A stretch of 34,997 nucleotides of DNA from Candidatus Iainarchaeum sp. (GCA_028701835.1 JAQVQA010000005.1:1-34997); one strand, 5' to 3'; positions 9,874 to 17,880 are shown, counted from the first letter of the stretch. Numbers and translations are program-made. Notes: generated from the letters alone by a model not told the origin.

Positions 9874-12867
9874 TCAATTATTTTTTGTGGAAGAGTTAAT
9901 CTTGTCTTTGTTAAGGAAAAAATATGCACCTACCCCTATTATTAGTATTAGAATCATCGCACCTATTATAATGAATCCTATTGAATTATCTTCTTTAGTT
10001 GTTTCGCTTGGAGTGTAATCCATGTAATAAATTAATTCACAGTCTTCACAATCATCTTTATCAACTAAAGCTACTTTAATATCAAGAGTTCTTTCTTCGC
10101 TAGGAATTGATTCTAATTCTAGCATAAATTCTTCTTCACTTGTAGGGCAATCAATTGTTTTTTGAGTTATTTTGTACTCTTCTTTTGATAAATAATCTTT
10201 TATAGTAACTTCAACAGTTGTTGTTTTTTCGCATTTTAGAGTGAGTTTTATTTTTCCTTCTTCACTCATTTTTGCAGTTGCTTTGATTATTGAGTTTGTT
10301 GTTTTTTCTTCTTGAGGCACTTCAGTATATTTACTTGACACTCTTGTAGCAAAACATTCTTTGTTAACATCATCAATGCAAATCCAAGAAGTTATTGAAC
10401 CTATTTCTTGACTAAGTGAAGGGTTTGTAATTGAAGGCGTTCCTTTTTCGCATAGAGTGAAAGTTGATGGGAAGCTTTCGTTTGGATTGTATCCTCTCTC
10501 AGCGTTACCACAAACAGCAGTACTCAAGCTCACAGGAACACACGTGTTTCCATCTTTTTTATAATTTAATGCGCAATGGTATTCGCATTTTCTTTGAGTG
10601 TTTGTCTCGACTAATAAAAAATTTAGGTCTTGGGTTAAACCAAAGTCATCCCCAATATAAATTACTCCGTTTGATGACATCACCCCTATACAATTGTAAT
10701 TCATTGGTAAGCACATTGCTTCTCCTTGAACAACACTCAAATAATACCCTTGTCTACAATGATACTCGCATTTTCTTTGAGTGTTTGATGTTGAGAGTAT
10801 ACTATTAGTGTCTTGGGTTAAACCTGAATCGTCATCATCATAAAGTATTGCATTTGAATCTATTCTACCAACGCACTTAAAAGTTTCTTTGCTTTTTTCA
10901 ACACACTTATACCCTTTTCCATTTGCATCAACTAATCGGTACCCTTCTTTGCAACCCCATTCACACTTCATAGGAGTATCTTCAAATACAATCGTGTTAA
11001 TTAGGTTATCAAATAAAGTTAGATTTTGATCATCTCCTAAAATTATTTGGGTAGAATTAGTATCCATTGGACCCATGCAAGTATAAACTCCTTTAGGAAC
11101 GCACTTGTTTATATCTTCTCCAACTCCCCTCTCAAATCCACTTTGACAAACCCAAACACATTTTTGACCAGTATTGCATCTTACCCCAAGTGTATTTGTA
11201 GTGTTTTGATCCAAATCCTTATTCCAATCAATGCAAGGAATTGCATTTGTATCTATTTCTCCTTCACAAAAATAATTATTCAGTATGCATTTGTTTTCAT
11301 CTAACCCTGTTCCTTTGTGGTATCCACTTTTACAATGATACTCGCACTTTGCAATAGTGTTAGAGTCAACTAAAACACTATTCATATCACTCATTAAATC
11401 AACATTATCATCTTCATAAATTACTGCATTTGAATCAATTAATTCACTTTGAGTGCATTTAAATGGATTAGGAATGCACTTAGTTTTTTCATCATTTAAA
11501 ATAAAATTCTTTGCACAATGATACTGGCACTTTGTACTAGTATTAGAATCAACTAGAGTTATTTCTAAATCTTGGGTTAAATTTGCATCATCCCCTTTGT
11601 AAATAATTGAATTAGAATCTTTTTCTCCAATACACTTGTATTGGTAAGGTAAGCAAGTTCTCTTTCCTGAAACTATTCCAAAATAATAACCTTCATTGCA
11701 AGTATATTCACATTTCCTTGTACTAGTACAATCTTCTAATAGTAAATCAGATACTACTCCAATCACCCCTTCGTCATCATTATCACAAATTGTTGCAGTA
11801 AAATAATTTAGGTCTGTTTTTATACAAGAATAAGGGTGGCAATTACCGTCTTTGTAAAAATAATTTTCATTACAACTGTAAGTACAATCACTCATAGATT
11901 CTTGGTAAAAATAAGTATCATTAATTAAAGTATACCAATTCAAACCACTCCATTTTTCAGTGTATTTTTCATCAGGGTGATTGGGTGTTGAATTTAGAGG
12001 AGTATTTCCTTGACAATCATTAATTCTTCTTGTTTCATAACTACAATTATTAGTACAATTAGTAGACCCTTTTATACAATCAAAAATTTCATCTACTTGC
12101 TCGTCACAATCATTGTCCAAACCATCACATTTTTCAAAAGCATTAGGATAAACACTTGACTTTGAATCGTCACAATCAGTATTGTCACTAATATAATCTC
12201 CACTATAAGAACTACAAGAACTAATTACATCTCCTGCCCCAAAACCATCTCCATCAACATCTAAATAAAAATTATAAAATGGAATTCCTTCATCAATTTC
12301 ATTATCACAATCATTATCTAAACCGTCACAAATTTCAGGTGTAGGGACACAAACTTCTTCTGCTTCTTCTACAGGATCAACAGGCTCACCCAGGTTTAAA
12401 GAATTAACTAAATTCAAGAATCTATTAAAAGTTAAAGTGCCTCTAAAAAGAGATGATGTTATTTTAGTATTATTTTGTGTATTAATAAAAGCTATTACAG
12501 GAAATCCAGGAACACTATTATTCAAATATTTTCTTTTAACATATTGATATACTCCATCCCCGCTTGTGTTCTCATAATTGGCATATACCAAAGGAACTTT
12601 GTTTTCTCTTGACCAATTATAAAAGGTTTGAGTATTAAAAACTCTGTTCATTGCACTATCACATAACCCGCACCCTGAACTCCCTACAAAAACCACTAAG
12701 TAAGTCCCGTTTTGATTTGCAAGGTTTTTTGCTGCACTTAAATCTTTACTCCATTTACCAAAAACAGCTCCATTTAACTGAAAAGGAGGTTCGTAACTAA
12801 ATACAAACCCAATTAGAAAGAGGATTAAAATAAATAATGTAAACAATCTTTTGTCAAAATTTTGCAT
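9874..12867 (-). CDS. Large type I membrane-anchored cysteine-repeat surface protein. Order of parts: signal peptide, thioredoxin-like CxxC domain, CDGxDNDCD metal-binding-like motifs, about eight Cys modules, CGNA-type domain, TM anchor.
   Basis: 997-aa ORF with ATG start. Signal is LFTLFILILFLIGFVFS. The thioredoxin-like segment YLVVFVGSSGCGLCDS...GFPVIAFI carries CGLC. Two CDGLDNDCD(N/E)xxDE motifs are present. I read seven clear modules plus one degenerate module ending in KCEYxCxxGY. C-terminal TM segment is IGFIIIGAMILILIIGVGAYFF. Confidence 0.85.
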   Translation of the reverse strand: MQNFDKRLFTLFILILFLIGFVFSYEPPFQLNGAVFGKWSKDLSAAKNLANQNGTYLVVFVGSSGCGLCDSAMNRVFNTQTFYNWSRENKVPLVYANYENTSGDGVYQYVKRKYLNNSVPGFPVIAFINTQNNTKITSSLFRGTLTFNRFLNLVNSLNLGEPVDPVEEAEEVCVPTPEICDGLDNDCDNEIDEGIPFYNFYLDVDGDGFGAGDVISSCSSYSGDYISDNTDCDDSKSSVYPNAFEKCDGLDNDCDEQVDEIFDCIKGSTNCTNNCSYETRRINDCQGNTPLNSTPNHPDEKYTEKWSGLNWYTLINDTYFYQESMSDCTYSCNENYFYKDGNCHPYSCIKTDLNYFTATICDNDDEGVIGVVSDLLLEDCTSTRKCEYTCNEGYYFGIVSGKRTCLPYQYKCIGEKDSNSIIYKGDDANLTQDLEITLVDSNTSTKCQYHCAKNFILNDEKTKCIPNPFKCTQSELIDSNAVIYEDDNVDLMSDMNSVLVDSNTIAKCEYHCKSGYHKGTGLDENKCILNNYFCEGEIDTNAIPCIDWNKDLDQNTTNTLGVRCNTGQKCVWVCQSGFERGVGEDINKCVPKGVYTCMGPMDTNSTQIILGDDQNLTLFDNLINTIVFEDTPMKCEWGCKEGYRLVDANGKGYKCVEKSKETFKCVGRIDSNAILYDDDDSGLTQDTNSILSTSNTQRKCEYHCRQGYYLSVVQGEAMCLPMNYNCIGVMSSNGVIYIGDDFGLTQDLNFLLVETNTQRKCEYHCALNYKKDGNTCVPVSLSTAVCGNAERGYNPNESFPSTFTLCEKGTPSITNPSLSQEIGSITSWICIDDVNKECFATRVSSKYTEVPQEEKTTNSIIKATAKMSEEGKIKLTLKCEKTTTVEVTIKDYLSKEEYKITQKTIDCPTSEEEFMLELESIPSEERTLDIKVALVDKDDCEDCELIYYMDYTPSETTKEDNSIGFIIIGAMILILIIGVGAYFFLNKDKINSSTKNN

Positions 12868-13003
12868 AACTACCTATTTACAATAAATTTTGGATTTAAA
12901 AAACCTTTTGAAAGAGTAAATTATTTTTTATTTGCTTAATTCTTTGTTTTTTTATGACATTCTTATTTATTTATAATTCAATTAAATTTTTCATTGAATG
13001 TAT

Positions 13004-13432
13004 TTAAACCAATTTTTTTAGGTTTTCTATTTTTTCTTCTTGGAGTTGTTTAATAGATTTTCTCTTTTCAACGTCTTCTCCCAAATAGTGCCAAAAAAGT
13101 ATTTGTTCTTCAAGTGGTCTCCAACATAATAAAATTTCTTTCTTATTGTGTTTTGAGTAGAAATCAATCTCCATTTTTTCTAAATCTCTCACAACACATC
13201 CTTCTCTTATTAAATCTCCAAGTAAAGTGTATAATTCAACATTTTTTTCATGAAAATTTTTATTCAATTCTACTTCTAGTAAAAAATTTTCTGTTGAATC
13301 CTCATCAAACTCTATTTTTGTGTTATCAAGTAATTGTAATTGTTCGTTGAGTTCAAATAGTCTATCAACTTGAGGCTTTATTCTCTTTATTAGAGTATTT
13401 GCTTCTTGGATTGAAAAATAGATTCTTGACAT
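13004..13432 (-). CDS. DUF2203-family protein (conserved, function unknown)
   Basis: 142-aa ORF. The N-terminal YFSIQEANTLIKRIKP and the LLCWRPLEEQILFWH block match my recollection of the DUF2203 pattern (LCW...E..I..WH). It is transcribed divergently from the U32 gene. Confidence 0.55.
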   Translation of the reverse strand: MSRIYFSIQEANTLIKRIKPQVDRLFELNEQLQLLDNTKIEFDEDSTENFLLEVELNKNFHEKNVELYTLLGDLIREGCVVRDLEKMEIDFYSKHNKKEILLCWRPLEEQILFWHYLGEDVEKRKSIKQLQEEKIENLKKLV

Positions 13433-13485
13433 AATATAAGAGAAGTGTTAAAGCTTTTAAATTATTTGAAAACCAAAAAATCAAC

Positions 13486-13493
13486 ATATTTAA
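13486..13493 (+). promoter_or_regulatory. TATA-like box (ATATTTAA) about 31 nt upstream of the U32 ATG
   Basis: Position relative to the ATG at 13521 fits an archaeal promoter driving a leaderless or short-leader transcript. No SD motif lies in between. Confidence 0.3.
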
Positions 13494-13520
13494 TTGCTTT
13501 GATGCAAGTTTTACTTTGTT

Positions 13521-14750
13521 ATGAAATTAAAGAAACCAGAGCTCTTAGTAGGTGCAGGTGATTTTTCTAGTGTTATTGCTGCTAGTAACGCTGGGGCGGA
13601 TGCAATTTACTTTGGAGTTAAAGGGTATAATATGAGGGATCTTGGAACTAACTTTAAACCAAGTGAGTTAAGAAAATTAATGAGTTTTCTTCATGACAAA
13701 AAAATGAAGGGTTACTTGGCTCTTAATACAATAATTTTCGAGGAAGAGTTGAGTAGAGTTGAAAAGATTTTGGCGACTGCTAAAAAAGCAGGTGTTGATG
13801 CAGTAATTTTGTCTGACTTAGGAGTTTTGTCCCTTGCAAGAAAACACAAGTTGAATATTTTTTTGAGTACTCAAGCAAGTGTAACTAATTCAATTGCTTT
13901 AAAGGAATATAAATCTCTTGGAGTAAAGAGAGTTATTTTTGCTAGGGAAATGAATTTAACTCAAATTAAGGAAGTTACTAAAAAAGCACATAAATTAGGT
14001 ATTGAAGCAGAGTGTTTTGTTCATGGAGCTATGTGTATTAGTGTTAGTGGTAGGTGTTTTTTGAGTCATGAACTTTTTGGAAGGAGTGCTAATAGGGGTG
14101 AGTGTCTTCAACCTTGTAGGAGAGCTTTTTTCCTTGATGGAGCTAAACCAGATTATGAGAAGAAAGAAGTTTATTTGCAAGGAGATACTATTCTTTCTGC
14201 AAAGGACTTAAAATCAATTGATTTTTTGGATAAAATAATTAATTCAGGAATTGATTCAATTAAAATTGAGGGTAGGACTAAACCAGCTGATTATGTTTTT
14301 GCAACAACTAAGTGTTATAGGGAAGGAATTGACTCTGTTTTTGACAAGACTTTTTCAAAAGAAAAGATTAGTGAGTGGAATAATGAATTATCTAAAGTAT
14401 ATAATAGGGGTTTTTCGAATGGATTCTTTTTTGATAAACCTAGTGGGAAAGATCTTGCTAAGGGCCAAGGTAGTTTTCAGACCCAAAAAAGGGTTCAAGT
14501 TGGAATTGTAACAAAATATTATGTTAAAGTAGGGGTTGCTGAAATTAAGTTATTTGATTCACTTAGCGTTGGGGACACAATTACTATTGAGGGAGTAACT
14601 ACTTTCATTCAACAAAAAGTTGATTCAATGGAAATAAATAATAAAGTTGTTTTTAGTGCAAGTAAGGATAATGCAATAGGGGTTAAAGTTAGTGAGAGAG
14701 TAAGACCTAATGATAAAGTGTTTAAGTTTGTTAAGAGGATTAATAATTAA
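13521..14750 (+). CDS. U32-family protein (peptidase U32 / O2-independent hydroxylase family) with an intact 4Fe-4S motif
   Basis: 409-aa ORF. N-terminal KPELLVGAGDFSSVIAASNAGADAIYFG is typical of U32. C-ISVSGR-C-FLSHELFGRSANRGE-C-LQP-C equals CX6CX15CX3C. A C-terminal beta-barrel-like U32_C region is present. Confidence 0.9.
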   Translation: MKLKKPELLVGAGDFSSVIAASNAGADAIYFGVKGYNMRDLGTNFKPSELRKLMSFLHDKKMKGYLALNTIIFEEELSRVEKILATAKKAGVDAVILSDLGVLSLARKHKLNIFLSTQASVTNSIALKEYKSLGVKRVIFAREMNLTQIKEVTKKAHKLGIEAECFVHGAMCISVSGRCFLSHELFGRSANRGECLQPCRRAFFLDGAKPDYEKKEVYLQGDTILSAKDLKSIDFLDKIINSGIDSIKIEGRTKPADYVFATTKCYREGIDSVFDKTFSKEKISEWNNELSKVYNRGFSNGFFFDKPSGKDLAKGQGSFQTQKRVQVGIVTKYYVKVGVAEIKLFDSLSVGDTITIEGVTTFIQQKVDSMEINNKVVFSASKDNAIGVKVSERVRPNDKVFKFVKRINN

Positions 14751-14800
14751 TTTGGTTAAAGAGAAGGTTTATTTACTTCTTTTAATTTATTTTTAGTGTA

Positions 14801-15712
14801 ATGGACTTTGGTTTACCTAATTTTTTTGGATTCGCTTATTCAGAAGATCAGTTACTTGTTCTCAGATTATTAAAAGAATCAAAAAAAAGAGGGGCTAGTA
14901 AAGTTATTCTAATGAGTGCTCCTTCTTTTGTAGTTGATTTTGATTATAAGGATTTTTGTCCTTTAATGAAGGGGCTTGGTTTTGATAAGGTAACTGAATT
15001 AACTTTTGGAGCAAAGATAGTGAATTCTTGTTATAGATCATATATTAAAGAGAATAAAGAAAAGCAAGAAAAATTTATTGCTAGTGTTTGTCCTTCTACA
15101 GTAGAGCTAGTAAAAAACAAGTACCCTTATTTGAAAAGATTTCTTCTTCCTTTTGACTCCCCAATGGTTGCAATGAGTAAAGTTTTGAAAAAGAATTATC
15201 CTAAACACAAAATAGTTTTTGTTTCTCCTTGTAGTGCAAAAAAAGTTGAAGCAAAAAAATCTTTTTATAATGGAAAGCAATTAATTGATGCAGTAATAAC
15301 TTTTTCTGAATTAAAGCAAATCCTTGCTAAAGAGAAGCCAAAAAAATTGAGTGTTAGTCACAAATTTGATTCTTTTTACAATGATTACACAAAAATTTAT
15401 CCTCTTTCAGGGGGGCTGGGAGCAACTCTTAACAAAAAAGGTATTTTGAGTGAAAGTGAAATGGTTTCTTGTGATGGTTTTAATCAAATTCAAAGAGTTT
15501 TTGAAAAAAAATTGGATAAAGTTTTTTTTGATGTATTGTTTTGTAATGGGGGTTGCATTGGAGGGAATGGAATTAGTTCTAAATTACCAATTGTTTTGAG
15601 AAAACAAAAAGTTTTATCTTACAGAAATCTTTCAAAAAAAGAGAATATGGATGGCAACCAAGGTTTGAGTAAGTACTTTAGAGGAATTAATTTTTCAAAA
15701 AAATTTGATTGA
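14801..15712 (+). CDS. [FeFe]-hydrogenase large-subunit C-terminal (H-domain)-like protein, minimal form with no ferredoxin-like N-terminal domains
   Basis: 303-aa ORF. LGFDKVTELTFGA aligns to the Fe_hyd_lg_C core. Counterparts of the three H-cluster motifs are present: SVCPS (vs TSCCP), SPCSAKKVEA (vs MPCxxKxxE) and FCNGGCIGGNG (vs MACxGGCxxGGG). Confidence 0.8.
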   Translation: MDFGLPNFFGFAYSEDQLLVLRLLKESKKRGASKVILMSAPSFVVDFDYKDFCPLMKGLGFDKVTELTFGAKIVNSCYRSYIKENKEKQEKFIASVCPSTVELVKNKYPYLKRFLLPFDSPMVAMSKVLKKNYPKHKIVFVSPCSAKKVEAKKSFYNGKQLIDAVITFSELKQILAKEKPKKLSVSHKFDSFYNDYTKIYPLSGGLGATLNKKGILSESEMVSCDGFNQIQRVFEKKLDKVFFDVLFCNGGCIGGNGISSKLPIVLRKQKVLSYRNLSKKENMDGNQGLSKYFRGINFSKKFD

Positions 15713-15783
15713 ATTAAACCAAAAAACACCTCTGATTTTTCTTAACTAGAATGAATAAAAGTCTTCTGTTTTAAATAATTTTT

Positions 15784-16914
15784 ATGATTTATCATTTAAT
15801 TACTACTCCGGATTGTAACTTGTGTTGTGAGTATTGTTGTGGAAAATCTTTTCAGGAACCAGAAAGCAAAATTAAGTTCGAATCTGTTCCTAGCAAACCT
15901 CAATTTACTCAAGCACAATTAAATTCTTTTTTGAAAAAGGATAAGGATAAGCCTGTTTCAATTATTTTTTATGGCGGGGAACCCTTGCTAAACATTGATT
16001 TTATTAAGCAAACAATGGATGCTCAAGAAAAGTACAAAACCGTTGATAATTTCTTGATTCAAACTAATGCTACTCTTCTTGACAAGTTACCAAAAAAATA
16101 TGTTAATAGGTTTCATACTATTCTAGTTTCGATTGACGGAGGAAGAATTACTACTAATAAAAATAGAGGGGAAGGAACTTGGGAGAAAGTTATTAATAAT
16201 GTTAAATTGGTTAAGTCTAATGGATTCAAAAAAGAGATTATTGCTCGAATGACTATTGAAGAACCAACTCATTTTTTTGAAGACATAATGGATTTAATTA
16301 ATCCAAAGGACGAAAATGGTTTTTCTTTTAATTCAATTCATTGGCAACTCGATGCAAATATGTGGCATGATTATAAGAAAAGAAATTTTTCTAATTGGAT
16401 TAGAGAGTATAATTTAGATATTACAAAATTAACTGATTTTTGGGTTAGTGAAATGAAGAAAGGAAGGGTTTTGAGGCTTTACCCTTTTTTAGGTTTAATG
16501 AATTCACTTATTTTTGGAAATAAATTTTATTTACGATGCGGTTCAGGGGTAAGCAATTTTACTATTATTTCTAACGGCAAGATTAGTGCTTGCCCAATAA
16601 TGCAAGGAATTAATGAGAAATACTTAGGAGATATTAATTCAACTAACCCTAAGAACCTTAGTTTTAAACTAACTTGTTCTTCTCCTTGCACAAAGTGTAG
16701 TGAGTTTGAGTTATGCGGGGGCAGATGTCTTTATTCTAACCTTTACCCTGCTTGGCCAAAGAAAGGTGTTAATGAAATTTGTGATTCAATTAAACATTTA
16801 ATTTCTGAAATGAAGAGAATTCAACCAGAAGTAGAGGTTTTGTTGAAAAATAAAGTTATTAAGAAAAAAGATTTTGATTTCTTAAAATATAATTGTTGTG
16901 AAATAATTCCTTAA
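15784..16914 (+). CDS. Radical SAM enzyme with a complete C-terminal SPASM domain. It may belong to the archaeal AF0577-like putative peptide-modifying family; that assignment is from memory and unverified.
   Basis: 376-aa ORF. The CX3CX2C motif is C-NLC-C-EY-C near the N-terminus. The SPASM motif is C-x12-G-x4-C (CGSGVSNFTIISNGKISAC), then C-TK-C-SEFEL-C-GGR-C (CX2CX5CX3C), then a later Cys. Confidence 0.85.
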   Translation: MIYHLITTPDCNLCCEYCCGKSFQEPESKIKFESVPSKPQFTQAQLNSFLKKDKDKPVSIIFYGGEPLLNIDFIKQTMDAQEKYKTVDNFLIQTNATLLDKLPKKYVNRFHTILVSIDGGRITTNKNRGEGTWEKVINNVKLVKSNGFKKEIIARMTIEEPTHFFEDIMDLINPKDENGFSFNSIHWQLDANMWHDYKKRNFSNWIREYNLDITKLTDFWVSEMKKGRVLRLYPFLGLMNSLIFGNKFYLRCGSGVSNFTIISNGKISACPIMQGINEKYLGDINSTNPKNLSFKLTCSSPCTKCSEFELCGGRCLYSNLYPAWPKKGVNEICDSIKHLISEMKRIQPEVEVLLKNKVIKKKDFDFLKYNCCEIIP

Positions 16915-16989
16915 AATTATTTTAATTTTAAAAACACAGTTATCATAAAATAATTAAAAATATTTTATTACTTATTTTTTTGATTTGCA

Positions 16990-17880
16990 TTAATTTTTTT
17001 CTTTTTTTATTCTAGCAAGAAAGAATTGTTGAGTGTCATTATCTTGAGGGTATAACCGCACACAATTTTTGCAATAATTATTACCCCTTATTTTTACTCC
17101 TTCTAAATTAATTCTTTCAATAACCACGTTTTTTCTTTGGGATATTAAATAATTAATTACTTCTTCATTTTCCTCTATTGCAAAAGAGCATGTAGAGTAT
17201 ACCATTACTCCCCCTTCTTTTAGATAATCAAATGCTCGCACTATCATGTGTTTTTGGTCATGGGCTTTTCTTTTAACTAAATTTTGTGACCAACCAACTA
17301 AAGCTTCTCTTTTTTTTCTAACCAAACCTTCACTTGAGCAAACCACGTCAAGTAATATTTTATCAAACCTCTTGTTTCTTTTTAAATTCCTAAAATCAAT
17401 TCTTTTTGCTTCAACATTTTTTAAATCAAATCTTGCAATTGTTTTTTTTAATATTTCAAATCTTTTTGAGTTCAGTTCTGTTGCAAAAACTTTTTTAGCT
17501 AAGTTGCTTAATTGAATTGTTTTCATTCCTGGAGCTGCACAAGCATCAAGAACATAATCTTCTTTTGTAGGGTTTAGCACAACAACAGGAATCATTGCTG
17601 CTTTTTCTTGAATCGAAATTAACCCTTTTTTATATTCTTCTAATTGCCCTGGTGTGTTGCACTCTATTTTAAATGCTTGGGGGTGAAACAGCAGGGGAGT
17701 AAATTTAATTGAATTTTTTTTAAGAGAGTTAATTGCATCAGAAATAGTCGTTTTGTTTGTATTTACCCAAAATGATTTTGGTTGTTTTGTTTTAATTGTT
17801 TTAAAAAATTCTTCCCACTCATTTCCTAAGAAAATAGAATATTTTTCAATAAATTCTTTGGGGAAAAAAGTGCTTCTCAT
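16990..17880 (-). CDS. NOL1/NOP2/Sun-family RNA cytosine-C5 methyltransferase
   Basis: 296-aa ORF. The SAM-binding motif is DACAAPGMKT. Motif VI is YSTCSF. Motif IV reads LLDVVCSSEG rather than the canonical DAPCS. Confidence 0.85.
   Translation of the reverse strand: MRSTFFPKEFIEKYSIFLGNEWEEFFKTIKTKQPKSFWVNTNKTTISDAINSLKKNSIKFTPLLFHPQAFKIECNTPGQLEEYKKGLISIQEKAAMIPVVVLNPTKEDYVLDACAAPGMKTIQLSNLAKKVFATELNSKRFEILKKTIARFDLKNVEAKRIDFRNLKRNKRFDKILLDVVCSSEGLVRKKREALVGWSQNLVKRKAHDQKHMIVRAFDYLKEGGVMVYSTCSFAIEENEEVINYLISQRKNVVIERINLEGVKIRGNNYCKNCVRLYPQDNDTQQFFLARIKKEKN

Noticed and set aside
8195-12867. Diversity-generating retroelement targeting the surface proteins, as is known in some DPANN lineages
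   Set aside because: There is no reverse transcriptase gene and no template/variable repeat pair with adenine-specific mismatches. The repeats I found are exact or ordinary paralogous divergence.
14801-15712. Annotation as a functional H2-evolving [FeFe]-hydrogenase
   Set aside because: The proton-relay Cys and the Met of the MPC motif are replaced. There is no F-cluster domain, and no hydE, hydF or hydG is nearby. Only an Fe-S-binding hydrogenase-like protein can be supported.
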